Source: Eledone cirrhosa
Lineage: Eukaryota
NCBI GenBank assembly: GCA_964016885.1
Contig: OZ024752.1
Coordinates: 13,888,001 to 13,952,000 of the forward strand
DNA length: 64,000 nucleotides
Reading direction: 5' to 3'
A program made the translations under genes and the position numbers. The notes under the pieces are model-generated. The model worked only from the letters and a program-made list of their open reading frames with translations. It had not been told where the DNA came from and did no database searches. Below, piece by piece: positions 43,724 through 62,485 of this stretch; position 1 is the stretch's first letter; each line of letters starts with the position of its first letter.

Positions 43724-44316
43724 GGGCGGTGGATTGGCAGTATCGGTAGAGGGTCTGACGCCATGCTTTGCAGTATAGTGTTATGGCCCTTTATGTTCTG
43801 AGTTCAAATCCCACCGAGGTTAACTTTGCCTTTCATCCCTACGGGGTGATAAAACAAAGTACCAGTAATTCACTAGGGTAATTGCTGGCTTTGTGCCAAA
43901 AATAGAAACAATTATATTTGACTGGGTAATGGATTGGCAGTATTGGAAGAGGGTCTGACGCCATGCTATACAGCAAAGAGTTACGGCCCTTTACGTCCTG
44001 AGTTCAAATCCCACCGAGGTTAACTTTGCCTTTCATCCCTACAGGGTCGATAAAACAAAGTACCAGTAATTCACTGAGGTAATTGCTGGCTTTGTGCCAA
44101 AAATAGAAACAATTATATTTGACTGGGTAATGGATTGGCAGTATTGGAAGAGGGTCTGACGCCATGCTATACAGCAACGAGTTACGGCCCTTTACGTTCT
44201 GAGTTCAAATCCCACCGAGCTTAACTTTGCCTTTCATCCCTACAGGGTCGATAAATCAAAGTACCAGTAATGCACTGGGGGTGATTGCTGGCCTTGTGCC
44301 AAATGTAGAAACAATT
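43724..44316 (+). mobile_element. tandem trimer of SINE family 1 (~199-bp period)
   Basis: Three units, each ending in AGAAACAATTATATTTGACTG. Confidence 0.9.
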
Positions 44317-45786
44317 ATATTTGACTGACCCGGGAGGAAGGAAAACAAAGTAGATCCGGACATGATTTGAACTGAGAACATACTAGAACGGAACAAATAT
44401 AGCAAAGCACTTCTTTATACACGTGAAGGATTCTGTATGACCACCGCATTAATTTGCTTTACTTGTTAGACGTGTGTGTGTTTTTTTATTTACAATCATT
44501 TATAACTTTGCCTATTAATCCGTATGGTTAGAAAATGGGGTCCCAGGAACTGGCCTCCCCACAGCCCCGGCGGACAGGATGGAGAAGGCGTTTCGCCGGA
44601 GGATGGTAAGGGAGATGCGCTGGAAGAGCCATTCCAACTCGCGAGGCTCACACCTGTGGCCGGCCAGCTCAGCGCCTATGGTGCTGAATAGGGAGGTAGC
44701 CCTAGGGCTAGGACACCAGAAGTCTCCACTGCCAAGGGCACGACCGCGAACCTTTCGGAGAGCGACCGGTACTTGGAGACTTTGGCCTCCTCAGCCCGAC
44801 GTGCAACAGTACCTGGGTTTACTATAATGAAGAACATCTCTATTTGTTGGGAATGTTTGTAGCATAAATGTTTAGGCTATACAAAAATGTAGATGGTCCA
44901 CTTAGTTTAAGAGACTGTTAAGTGTGGACCTAGCTTGGCAAAGCTGTGTTCCAATACAACAAGCAAAGTTTAGAATATTTTCAATGCTAGTGTTTTGCAT
45001 TTTTTGAAGATTCGTAGATGTGGCTAATCAAATTTTATTGTCGTCAAATAGTTTTCTTAACAGCTATTATTTTTTGGCGACATTACATTCCCTTTGCAAA
45101 TGGCTTTCTAAAAGTTTCGTCTTTTATTTAGTGGGTATTTATCAACATCTTTATTGCTAATGCTCATGGCGCTATAAAATTTATGCTAGTCGTTTTTTTA
45201 AAGCCATATTTTAAAGAAAACCATTTTCTCTAATGCTATGTCATATCATTCTAATATTTAAGGCGGATATTCTTTATTATAAGTGTTCGACTCTTTACTG
45301 ATTTAGTATTGTCATTAATTTCTTCATTTTCCTTTTTAACACACAGGAAGGTTTGAAATTCCAGGTGTGTAAAAGTTTGCTATCAGGCGATTACGGCGAC
45401 GAATTGGCAGAGTCGTTAGAACGTCGGACAGAATGGGTTATGGTATTCGTTCAGGCTTTCTGCTCTCTGAGTTCAAATCCCACTGAGGTCAACCTTGCCC
45501 TAAATCCTTTCGAGGTCGATAAAAAAGTACCAGCCTGGTACTGGGGTAGATTCTTCATCCCTCTGGAAGAAATCTGCTGTACTCAGGCCTGGAGAGGGAT
45601 GGGCTCCACCAGGCTTAAAATACCCAAGAAACGCCGAATGTCAATACGGCACCCCTTCGACTCTATCAGGAGTTACAGGATCAGGGAAAACCATGCGTTA
45701 CCTGATTAATTCTAGGTAACAGAATATAAATTTGTGTGTGATCAATTCCCTCGTGTTTTCCTTTTTCCATTTAGTTATATTTATAT

Positions 45787-45830
45787 ATACAGGGTGACCG
45801 GCCTAAATTTGACAGTTTTTTTTAAGGAAA
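45787..45830 (+). mobile_element. possible Tc1/mariner-type terminal inverted repeat fragment
   Basis: TA-CAGGGTG start within TA repeat. No partner TIR found. A similar TA-CGCGGGG end lies at about 46413. Confidence 0.3.
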
Positions 45831-46015
45831 AAGAAGTGAATATCTCAGCCAAAAATAATTTTATTGGAAAAATAGAAATAGTTATTGAGGCGGTCTGTAT
45901 ATATTTTATTTTATTTTATGTATATTCCGTTTGCTTCTGGTTAAATTTCTCAAACAAATGTGGTATTTCAACCCTCGTAATTTTAGACACACGATTTACT
46001 GTGTTTATCACTACA

Positions 46016-46078
<63 letters not shown>

Positions 46079-46145
46079 TATATATATATGCATATATATA
46101 TGTATATATATATGTATATATGTATGTATGTATGTATATATATGT

Positions 46146-46338
46146 GTCGGGTCACTCTTGAGTACTGGTAACATGTAACCCAGTACAACCTGTCGCATGG
46201 TCGGGTCGTCGGAGACTAAACCGGCAACCCCACCAAGTTTACTTGGTGAGGAGCGTGATTTTGGACACCCTGCAAGACAAAAAAACAAAACCTGACAAAG
46301 GGCGGAAGAACTCATAAGAGTCAACGGCCATCCAAAAG
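46146..46338 (+). mobile_element. RTE-type 5' UTR fragment (homolog of 53718-53912)
   Basis: The two copies share GGTCAC...TACTGGTAACATG...AGTACAACCTGTC..ATGGTCGGGTCGT...GGCCATCCAAAA. Confidence 0.7.
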
Positions 46339-46852
46339 TGTGTATGTATATGCACATGTACATATGTATGTATATGTATATGTGTATAAACATGGGTGCA
46401 TGTGTATGTATATACGCGGGGACATAAAAATAGTCGGACTGGACACACGATCGCGCGGTTAAACCACTGGGAGTGAAGGACGGTAATTATTTAAGTGAAT
46501 TTATAATATAAAATTCAGTTTAAGTGCATTTCGTATTAATCATTACTAAACATCTAATATGAGATATTGAACATTGGCTTAAATAATTATCGTGTCGTCT
46601 TGAGTTCGTTATGAGTCTCTTTTTTATAAAAGGATGCCACAGAGTGTACGATAGATAATGATTACAATATTTTTGAGCAACAACTCTAGTCCCACACTTT
46701 TGAAGGTTTATTATAACATTCTGTGGCTCTTTTGAGCTTGCGCATTTTTCAGGTCTAGTATATATATGTATGTATATATATATGTATGAATCTATGTATA
46801 TATGTATGTATATATGTATGTGTATATGTATGTATATATGTATGTATATATG

Positions 46853-46929
<77 letters not shown>

Positions 46930-47310
46930 ATGTGTATATATGTGTATATATATGTATATATATGTATATATATATATATGTAAATCAGGAAAGAAGGTTT
47001 ACATGGTTTGCTATACAAAAAAGTTTTTAATCACATAGCTTACATTTGTTTCACTGAACTGGTATGTCTAAAGATCGCTATCCGCTTAATTTTGAGTTAC
47101 TCGATCGCCAATACAGAATTATAAACCTTCTTTCCTGATTTATTATTACTCCAAGTGTTTACAACATAGGAATTACAGCATACCCGCAGCATCACTATGA
47201 AAACGCCTTGTTGAGTCAAACCAAGCCAAGCGTTAATATCATCCACTACCTGGAATACCATAACTGGACTTCACCTAAGTGGACTGCATTTAACTATTAT
47301 TTGTTAATCC

Positions 47311-49070
<1,760 letters not shown>

Positions 49071-50840
49071 GGAAAGTTATATTTAAATTGTTGGGTTAAC
49101 AACGAGTAAATATTTATAACTGATATAAAAGCACTCAACAAGTATTTGGAGTATATTTATGATTTTAAATAAATGTAAACTATATTTATAAAACCATATT
49201 TATTTCATTATATATATTTCAGGGATATCATATTAACAATATGTTATGCCTTCATCAGACAAAATACAATATAAACAGTCTTATAAATAAATAGATATGA
49301 CATACCTTTTAATCGACTTGCATTTGGGAAGTTGATTTGGCAGTAAAAAATATTGTGGACAGTTGTAAAAAGATAGAGAGAAAGAAAGAAAGAAAGAAAA
49401 ACGAAGAAAAAGAAGAAATGCATGTGACTAAATAGAGAGATATAGAAAGATAGATAAAGAGAAGAACTTCATGTAAAGGAACAGAGAGAGATATATAGAG
49501 AGAGGAAAAAAAAAAAAAAGATAGATAGAGATAGATAGAGAAACTAGGTAGTTGAGTATCAATTGATACATTTATTTATTTATTTATTTAGCTCTAGTAT
49601 TAATGTAAAGAGAGATGTATGTAGTTAAGAGAGAAAATAGCCGTTATATAGAGAGAAAAAAGAGAAAATGAAAAAGAGAAAATGAAAAATAACCAGACAT
49701 AAACGAGGCAGAATTTAAAAACGCTATGTTTCATCATGTAGAAAATATTAGTTCGTATAAAACAGGCATTATAATGTAAATATCAGTATTCATGAATGAG
49801 ACATGTATCTATAATATGTGAAAAGTAATGATCTTATGTCTAGTTTTTAAAAATTCATATGTTTATATCATAATTATAAACAAACTCCCAATTCACACGA
49901 AAACATTCTCATTGTGCTATAAAAATTCAAGTATACATATATGTGTGTATATATACACATATATATAGAGTCTATATTAATTTTAACAATACTATTCTTG
50001 TCTTTACTCTACATGATTGTCGATCAAGCAGAAATAGAGAACAGATTTCAATATATTAATAAAAATAAAAATAAAAATAAAAATAAAAATAAAAATAAAA
50101 ATAAAAATATCAGAGACAAGAAAATAAATAAATAAACAGAAAACTAAAACATTTAATATTAAAAATAAAAAATAAAAATATTATAAAATATTAAAAAAAT
50201 ATTAAAAAATAATAAAAATAAAACACAGTATGCCACGCAAATCGGCCACAAAGGTCAGCCTTTCAAAGTTAATTGACAATATATTGCCAAGTTCATCATA
50301 AGCATCAGAGTCGAAACAGATAAAACAAAAATCCTGTCTAGCAGAAATCATTCCAAAAGTTTAGGATACCCATTTGGTCTACATATGTTCTTATATTTAA
50401 TATAGAAGTTTATCTAGTGTAAAATTTAATTCGATATATTTGGAGCATCGGCTTTTAGGGTAGTTTAATTATTCATGAAGAATGTTTTAATAAAAAGAAT
50501 GTTTTAATAAAAAGAAGAAATCGAAAGATTTATCGGCTAGTTTCATAAATAATTATGAATCAAATCAAACATAACTACATTTTAAATTTAAATTTATATT
50601 TAAACGTTGAGTTCAATCTATGTCTGCAGCAACTGAATAAATTTGTCCGTAGATTAAGGGAATTTTTAGATTTTAGTATAAAGAATATCTCCTCCTCACA
50701 GAGGTCACATGTCTCAGAGGATGAATTAAAAGGAATCCCTCTTGAAACTATATTCCATATATTGTTAATATGATATCCCTGAAATATATATAATGAAATA
50801 AATATGGTTTTATAAATATAGTTTCCATTTATTTAATATC
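49071..50840 (-). mobile_element. PLE family B (Nematis-type) 3' fragment with short inverted end; HHR at 49201-49266
   Basis: Minus strand 50760-50573 translates [28 protein letters not shown]...LNLRTNLFSCCRH (GIY-YIG C-terminus). 50761-50840 is an inverted copy of 49165-49240. Confidence 0.88.
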
Positions 50841-51318
50841 ATATATATATATGTATATATATATGTATATATATATGTGTATATATATGTATATGTACGT
50901 ATATATGTATATGTGTATATGTATATGTGTATATGTGTATATGTATATGTATATGTGTATATGTATATGTATATGTGTATGTATATGTGTATATATATGT
51001 ATATGTGTATATATATGTATATGTGTATATATATATGTGTGTATATATATATGTATATGTGTATATATATATATATATGTATATGTGTATATATATATAT
51101 ATGTATATGTGTATATATATATATATGTATATGTGTATATATATATATGAATATGTGTATATATATATATATATGTATATGTGTATATATATATATATAT
51201 GTATATGTGTATATATAGATATATGTATATGTGTATATATAGATATATGTATATGTGTATATATATATGTATATGTGTGTATATATATATATATGTATAT
51301 GTGTATATATATATATGT

Positions 51319-51350
<32 letters not shown>

Positions 51351-51588
51351 GTGTATATATATATATGTATATGTGTATATATATATGTATATGTGTATAT
51401 ATATATATGTATATGTGTATATATATGTATATGTGTATATATATATATATATGTATATGTGTATATATATATATATGTATATGTGTATATATATATATAT
51501 GTATATGTGTATATATATGTATGTGTATATATATATATATATGTATATGTGTATATATATGTGTGTATATATATATATGTATGTATAT

Positions 51589-51639
<51 letters not shown>

Positions 51640-51641
<2 letters not shown>

Positions 51642-51941
51642 CAAAGTTTTATTTAAATTGTTGGGTTACAACGAGTAAATATTTATAACTGATATAAAAG
51701 CACTCAACAAGTATTTGGAGTATATTTACGATATTAAATAAATGGAAACTATATTTATAAAACCATATTTATTTCATTATATATATTTCAGGGATATCAT
51801 ATTAAAAATATGTTATGCCTTCTTCAGACAAAATACAATATAAACAGTCTTATAAATAGATAGATTCGACATACCTTTCAACTTCGACTTCCATTTGCAA
51901 ATATGGTTTTATAAATATAGTTTCCATTTATTTAATATCGT
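51640..51941 (-). mobile_element. small fold-back family B terminus; HHR (CUGAAGA) at 51770-51835
   Basis: Matches 23281-23537. 51899-51941 is the inverted short end. Confidence 0.88.
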
Positions 51942-51962
51942 ATATATATATATGTATATATG

Positions 51963-51997
<35 letters not shown>

Positions 51998-52280
51998 GTA
52001 TATGTATATATGTATATATATATGTATATATATATGTATATATGTATATATATATGTATATATGTATATATATATATGTATATATGTATATATATATGTA
52101 TATATGTATATATATATGTATATATGTATATATGTATGTGTATATGTATGTATATATGTATATATATATGTATATATATATGTATATATATATGTATATA
52201 TATATGTATGTATATATGTATATATATATGTGTATATATATATATGTATGTATATATATATGTGTATATATATATATGTG

Positions 52281-52311
<31 letters not shown>

Positions 52312-52781
52312 CTATATATATATATATGTATATGTATATATGTATATATATATGTATATATATGTATATATATATATATGTATATATATATGTATATATA
52401 TATATGTGTATATATATGTGTATATATATGTATGTATATATGTATATGTGTATATGTATATGTGTATATGTGTATATGTATATGTATATGTGTATATGTA
52501 TATGTATATGTGTATATATATATATGTATATGTATATGTGTATATATATGTATATGTTTATATATATATGTGTATATATATATGTATCTGTGTATATATA
52601 TATATGTATATGTGTATATATATGTATATATATATGTATATGTGTATATATATATATATGTATATGTGTATATATATATATATGTATATGTGTATATATA
52701 TATATATATGTATATGTGTATATATATATGTATATGTGTATATAAATATATATATGTATATGTGTGTATATATATATATGT

Positions 52782-52837
<56 letters not shown>

Positions 52838-53312
52838 GTGTATATATATATATATGTATATGTGTATATATAGATATGTATATGTGTATATATATATATG
52901 TATATGTGTATATATATATATATATGTATATGTGTATATATATATATATGTATATGTGTATATATATGTGTGTATATGTGTATATATATGTGTGTATATA
53001 TATATATATGTATGTGTATATATATATATATGTATATGTGTATATATATGTGTGTACATATATATATGTATATGTGTATATATATGTGTGTACATATATA
53101 TATATATATATGTATATATGTATATATATGTGTGTTCATATATATATATATATGTATATATGTATGTGTATATATATGTATATGTGTATATATATGTATA
53201 TGTGTATATATATATATATGTATATGTGTATATATATATGTATGTGTATATATATATATATATATGTATGTGTAAATATATATGTATATGTGAATATATA
53301 TATATATATGTA

Positions 53313-53351
<39 letters not shown>

Positions 53352-53571
53352 GTGTATATGTGTATATATATATGTATATGTGTATATATATATGTATATG
53401 TGTATATATATATATGTATATGTGTATATATATATGTATATGTGTATATATATATATGTATATGTGTATATATATATGTATATGTGTATATATATATATG
53501 TATATGTGTATATATATATATGTGTGTATATATATATGTATATGTGTATATATATATATGTGTATATATAT

Positions 53572-53609
<38 letters not shown>

Positions 53610-53717
53610 GTATATGTGTATATATATATGTATATGTGTATATATATATGTATATGTGTATATATATATGTATGTGTATATGTGTATACATATATGTATG
53701 TGTGTATATATATTTAT

Positions 53718-54325
53718 GTCAGGTCACCAGTTGGTGCTACTGGTAACATGCATCCTAGTACAACCTGTCTCATGGTCGGGTCGTTGGCGACTAAACTGGC
53801 AGCCCCACCAAGGTTTCTTGGCGAGGAAGGTGACTTTGGACATCCTGCAGGACTAAAAAGAAAGCCTGTCAAATGGCAAAGGAGCTCTTAAGAGTCAATG
53901 GCCATCCAAAATCACCGGAAGAGATGAGCCCTTAGCCTTTGTCAAGGCAGAATTCTAGGAGAAGGAAAACTCTGATATAACACCTGCAACCCTGATGGTA
54001 TCCAATAATGTTGACTTGTTCTTCTTTTTGGTAAATATCATCTTGGTTAAGAGAGTGGGACTGGCTTTGTGCAGTGCCTTTGCTCACTATAAAAGCTTCA
54101 CGGCACAGGCATTACTTTATATCTGGAGATCTCTCTGCACTTGTCGTCACATGGTACCAAGGGTCCAGCACTATGTGTCAATAATTGTCACAAGTGTAGT
54201 GTTTGTACCAGAGTTTTCAAGTCGCTGGCTGGACTAAAAAGTCAAACTCGTTTAGCGGATCGGTAGGGGTTCTCTTACATGAATATAAAGTAGTGGCGGT
54301 ACTTGAAAACGAGTTGGCAGCCACC
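53718..54325 (+). mobile_element. internally deleted (bipartite) RTE/BovB-like element
   Basis: 5' UTR-like block joined to a degenerate C2H2 finger [21 protein letters not shown] (54189-54252) of the kind found at RTE-BovB C-termini, followed by a (TA)n tail. Confidence 0.7.
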
Positions 54326-54378
54326 ATATATATATATGTATATATATATATATGTATATATATATGTATATATATATG

Positions 54379-54419
<41 letters not shown>

Positions 54420-54460
54420 GTATATATATATGTATATATATGTATATATATATGTATATG

Positions 54461-54491
<31 letters not shown>

Positions 54492-54530
54492 GTATGTATA
54501 TATATATATATGTATATATATAAATATATG

Positions 54531-54561
<31 letters not shown>

Positions 54562-54866
54562 GTATGTATATATATATATGTATATATATATATATGTATA
54601 TATATATGTATGTATATATATATATATGTATATATATATATGTATATATATATATGTATGCATATATATATATGTATGTATAATGTATATATATATATAT
54701 ATGTATATGTATATATATATGTATATATATATGTATATTTATATGTATATATATGTATATGTATATGTATATATATATGTATATGTATATGTATATATAT
54801 ATGTATATGTATATGTATATATATATGTATATGTATATGTATATATATGTATATGTATATATATAT

Positions 54867-56610
54867 AAACTTCGCTATAATAATCATAAGAATTCTTTCA
54901 CAGATCCAGGCAAAAAATCTTCAACTTCACTATCAGGCTTACTCTGGCAACTTAAACATAATAACGTTGGTTATTCGTTGTTTTGGAATATAGTCTCAAG
55001 AGGGATTCCTTTTTAATTCCTCATCTGAGACATGTGACCTCGGCGTGGAGGAGATATTCTTTATATTAAAATCTAAAAATCCCCTTAATCTAAGGAGCAA
55101 TTTATTCAGTTGCTGCAGACACAGATTGAACTCAACGTTTAAATATAAATATTAATTTAAAATGTAGTATATTTAGTTAAGATATTTATTTAATTAATTA
55201 TGAAACCTGACGATAAATCTTTCGATTCCTTCAACTTTTTCTTTTTTTAAACCTTCTTCATATACTAATGATATAATTAAACTACCCTAAAACGTTGATA
55301 CTCCCAATCTATTGAATACATTTTACGCTAGATAAACTTCTATACTAAATATAAGAGCATCTGTAGAACAACAGGGTCGCCTAAATCTTTTAAATGATTT
55401 CTGCTAAATAAGTCTTGTTGAATAATTTTGGTTTTTTGTTTGCTTTTGATTCTGATTGCTTCTAATGAACTTGGCAATATATTGTCAGATAAACTGGAAG
55501 GGTTGATATCTGTGGTTGATATGGGGGGCATACTGTGTTTTTTTAAGGCCCTTGATACCCTAGGGAGTGATGAAAATATTCTTAGCGTTTAGATATATTG
55601 ATATCTGTTGTCTATTCTATGCATGAACGATAATCATGTATGCGAGGGCAGGAGTATTAATATTAATATATATTTTTATCTATGTGTATGTATGTATATA
55701 TATATATAGTAAAATCTTTTATAACGCAAAGGAAAATTTTTTCATGTGAAATGAGAAATTACAGAGCTGATCACGTATGTTCACGTGTATATCTATAGTG
55801 TCAACTACAACTTGAGATGACCTTCTCTTTTTCTCTTTCTTTCTTTTTCAGGAAAGTACATATATACTTATGTATTTTTGAGGTTTTATCTCAGGTTTTG
55901 ATATATCGACCTAAGAATTTTTAAACTAAACATATGGTCATTATTTTTCACACATTATATATCTATGTCTCATTCATGAATATTGATATTTACAGTATAA
56001 TACCCAATTCATATGAATTGATAATTCAAAATGATAGGACATAACGTAAAGTTGTAAATCTGTCATCCCTCTCTCTAGATATAGCTTTCTTCTCCTCCCT
56101 CTATACATGATGTAATTTAAGTATCACTGTTTCTTCTTTAGTTATTTTCTATCTTTCTCCGTCTCCTTAACACTATAACGAAATAAATAAATAAATAAAT
56201 AATTACAGTACTCCCTCCCTCATAAATCTCTCAATTTGTATGATGAATTATTATTCATCTGTTGCCTCAACTGCCTCTCATTTTTTCACCTCCTCACTAT
56301 TTCTCTCTCACGTATCTCTCTCTATCTCTCTCTGTTTTTCTTTACATACATTTATTCCTTCTCTCCGTCTTTCTTTCTTTCTAACTGTGCTTAACACTAA
56401 ATATTTACAAACATCTCACTACCAAACCAACTTTTTTAAATGGAAGTTGATCAATATTTTTATGGTACGTCAAATTTATTTATAAAACTTCTCATATATT
56501 GTATTTTATCGGAAGAAGGCATGCCATATTTTTAATATGGTATCCCTGAAATATGTATAATGAAATAAATATGGTTTTATAAATATAGTTTCCATTTGTT
56601 TAATATCGTA
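54867..56610 (+). mobile_element. PLE family B (diverged) 3' fragment; degenerate HHR (CGGAAGA) at 56502-56567
   Basis: Translates [11 protein letters not shown]...[11 protein letters not shown]...[10 protein letters not shown], +1 frameshift, NSSSETCDLGVEE...CCRH. The UTR is homologous to 49170-50570. Confidence 0.88.
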
Positions 56611-56663
56611 TATATATATATATATATATACATATCTATACATACAAATATATATACATATCT

Positions 56664-56733
<70 letters not shown>

Positions 56734-56734
56734 G

Positions 56735-56766
<32 letters not shown>

Positions 56767-56830
56767 CATATATATATAATTATACATATATAAATATATA
56801 TATATATACATATATATATATTATATATAC

Positions 56831-56878
<48 letters not shown>

Positions 56879-56931
56879 GTATATATATGTATATATATAT
56901 GTATGATATATATGTATATATATATATGTAT

Positions 56932-57000
<69 letters not shown>

Positions 57001-57036
57001 TATATATATGTATCTATATATATGTATATATATATG

Positions 57037-57095
<59 letters not shown>

Positions 57096-57096
57096 G

Positions 57097-57147
<51 letters not shown>

Positions 57148-57200
57148 GTATATATATGTATGTATATATATATATGTATATATGTGTATGTATATATATG

Positions 57201-57239
<39 letters not shown>

Positions 57240-57320
57240 GTATATATATATATGTATGTATATGTAAGTATATATATGTATGTATATATAAATGTATATA
57301 TATATGTATGTATATGTATG

Positions 57321-57351
<31 letters not shown>

Positions 57352-57394
57352 ATGTATATATGTATGTATGTATATATGTATATATATATATATG

Positions 57395-57426
<32 letters not shown>

Positions 57427-57956
57427 TATGTATATATATATATATGTATATATATATGTATATATATATGTATATATATATGTATATATATATGTATATA
57501 TTTATATATGCATATATATATATGTATATATATGTATATATATATATATATGTATATATATGTATATATATATATATATGTATATATATATGTATGTGTA
57601 TATGTATATATATATGTATATATATATATATGTATATATATATGTATATATATATATGTGTATATGTATATATATATATACATATACACATACATATATA
57701 TGTATATATGTGTATATGTATACATATATGTATATATATATACGTGTATATGTATATATATATGTATATATATATGTGTATATGTATATATGTATATATA
57801 TGTATATATATATGTGTATATGTATATATGTATATATATATATGTATATTATATATGTATATGTATATGTATATATGTATATATATATATGTATATGTAT
57901 ATATGTATATATGTATATGTATATATGTATATATATATGTATATGTATATATGTAT

Positions 57957-57996
<40 letters not shown>

Positions 57997-58211
57997 GTAT
58001 ATATATATATGTATATGTATATATATATGTATATATATATATGTATATGTATATATATAGGTATATATATATATGTATATATATATATGTATATATATAT
58101 GTATATGTATATATATATATGTATATATATGTATATGTATATATGTATATATATATATATATGTATATATATATGTATGTGTATATGTATATATATATGT
58201 ATATATATATG

Positions 58212-58256
<45 letters not shown>

Positions 58257-58492
58257 GTATATATATATGTATATATATATATATATATGTTATATATATA
58301 TGTATATATATATATATGTATATATATATGTATATATATATGTATATATATATGTATATATATATGTATATATATATGTATATATATGTATATATATATG
58401 TATATATATATGTATATATATAAATATATATATATATATATGTATATATATATGTATATATATATGTATATATATATATGTATATATATATG

Positions 58493-58541
<49 letters not shown>

Positions 58542-58609
58542 GTATATATATATATGTATATATATATATGTATATATATATGTATATATGTATATATATA
58601 TGTATATAT

Positions 58610-58647
<38 letters not shown>

Positions 58648-58856
58648 GTATATTATATATATGTATATATATATGTGTATATGTATATATGTATATATAT
58701 GTATATATATATGTGTATATGTATATATGTATATATATATATATGTATATATATATGTATATGTATATGTATATATGTATATATATATATGTATATGTAT
58801 ATATGTATATATGTATATGTATATATGTATATATATATGTATATGTATATATGTAT

Positions 58857-58896
<40 letters not shown>

Positions 58897-59111
58897 GTAT
58901 ATATATATATGTATATGTATATATATATGTATATATATATATGTATATGTATATATATAGGTATATATATATATGTATATATATATATGTATATATATAT
59001 GTATATGTATATATATATATGTATATATATGTATATGTATATATGTATATATATATATATATGTATATATATATGTATGTGTATATGTATATATATATGT
59101 ATATATATATG

Positions 59112-59156
<45 letters not shown>

Positions 59157-59169
59157 GTATATATATATG

Positions 59170-59200
<31 letters not shown>

Positions 59201-59391
59201 GTATATATATATATATGTATATATATATGTATATATATATGTATATATATATGTATATATATATGTATATATATATGTATATATATGTATATATATATGT
59301 ATATATATATGTATATATATAAATATATATATATATATATGTATATATATATGTATATATATATGTATATATATATATGTATATATATATG

Positions 59392-59442
<51 letters not shown>

Positions 59443-59510
59443 GTATATATATATATGTATATATATATATGTATATATATATGTATATATGTATATATAT
59501 ATGTATATAT

Positions 59511-59548
<38 letters not shown>

Positions 59549-59704
59549 GTATATATATATATGTATATATATATGTATATATATATGTGTATATATATAT
59601 GTATATATATATGTATATATATATGTATATATATATGTATATATATATGTATATATATATATATGTATATATGTATATGTATATATGTATATGTATATAT
59701 ATAT

Positions 59705-60491
<787 letters not shown>

Positions 60492-60569
60492 TATATATAT
60501 ATGTATAGATGTATATGTATGTATATATGTATATATATATGTATATATGTATATATATATGTATATATG

Positions 60570-60626
<57 letters not shown>

Positions 60627-61305
60627 GTATATGTATATATGTATATGTATATATATATATAGGTATATATATGTATATATATATATGTATATATATGTAT
60701 ATATATATATGTATATATATGTATATATATATATGTATATATATATGTATATATATATGTATATATATATATGTATATATATGTATATAAATATATATAT
60801 GTATATATATATATGTATATGTATATATGTATATGTATATATGTATATATATATGTATATATATATATGTATATACATATATATGTATATATATATATAT
60901 ATGTATATACATATATATGTATATATATATATGTATATATATATGTATATATATATATGTATATATATATGTATATATGTATGTATATATATATGTATAT
61001 ATGTATGTATATATGTATGTATATATGTATGTATATATGTATGTATATATGTATGTATATATGTATATATATATGTGTATATATATATGTGTATATATAT
61101 ATGTGTATATATATATATGTATATATATATATGTGTATATATATATGTGTATATAAGGATTAGAATACTGGAGAGTGTTTGAGTCAAACAACCTCTTCGT
61201 ATTATAGAAATGACAGTAAAAGGTATAGCTCAATGCAGTTAAACAGAGCCGAAAAATTAAGAGAGTAAAACAAAGAATCCTTTAATACTTCAAAAGTTTT
61301 TATTA

Positions 61306-61343
61306 GCCGACAATGTTTCGTCCTATTAAGGACTCATCAGGGC
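61306..61343 (-). ncRNA. minimal type I hammerhead ribozyme (canonical PLE type)
   Basis: The reverse complement reads GCC-CUGAUGA-GUCC uuaaua GGAC-GAAA-CAUUG-UC/GGC, then AAUAAA. Confidence 0.9.
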
Positions 61344-62485
61344 AATCAAAACAACAAGAGGTAATTTCGGCAGATACAAGCCAGAAACTCTGAAGAATAT
61401 GGAGTTCACATACACTAATGTCTTACAAGCATATACGATAATAAAAATGAGGATAAAACTAATAAAATTATAATAACTAAGGATGTAGATGACATTAAGA
61501 ACCATATTACAAATATGGTCCAAAGTCACCAACTTAAATCTAAACAAATTTGGTTATATAGAACAGGAATTATATATAACACAGTATAATACATTCTAAT
61601 AATAATATATCTATACCAACACTGAAATTCCAAATCAAAAATCAAAAGGTACAATATATACATGTATATATGTGCGCACACACACACACACACACACACA
61701 TATTACAATACACATATCTATTTTCTATTACACAGAATTAAGCCTTATTGGAAGTTTAAACATCAAAAATATTAAAAATAAGCATGGTAATAGTGAAAAT
61801 AATGCTAATATATCTACCCAATATACATGGGGCAATAATTACAAGAAACACTTATAATAAATAATAAACAACAAAATTATATAATATAATACAATATAAT
61901 AAAGTAGAATATATATAAAATAAGAATATATATAATCTCCGGTTAATTTACAGAAACAATATAGATGTCACAGTGAAATACAATGATAAGTTGTTAACAT
62001 TATATTAACAATTACCATATTCAATATGTACAACATGGTTCTTATTGGGTTACATAATAAATGGGGAAATATCAATCATATAATATAATACAATAATACA
62101 ATAATACTAAAAAAAACTATATTGGTACAGGGAACAATTATGATGTTACAGAAAAAATATGTTGTTACAGAAAAAAATATGTTGTTACAGAAAAAATATA
62201 TATAGACATCTAAAGTCTAAATACCATAATGTTACATACTACAATATTAAAATATTAAAATATTAAAATATTAAAAAATATAAATTAAAAATTAAAGAAT
62301 ATATAAAGGTAATAACGTGTGTAATCTTATGTATACTAACAAGGTGTAATAGTGAAGACATAGATACGGTACAGTGGCTAAATGATTATGAGAGCTAGAA
62401 TGAAGAGTCATCAAAAACCAATGTTAACAATAGTGTTGGCAAACAAAAGAACCCAAACAAAGAACTAAGTAATGGAATATATCTG

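Noticed and set aside
46146-46225. HDV-like ribozyme at the RTE-type 5' end (also 53718-53800)
   Set aside because: P4, CTAA and a possible P2 are visible, but I could not build a consistent P1/P3/L3. An RNArobo/Infernal search is needed.
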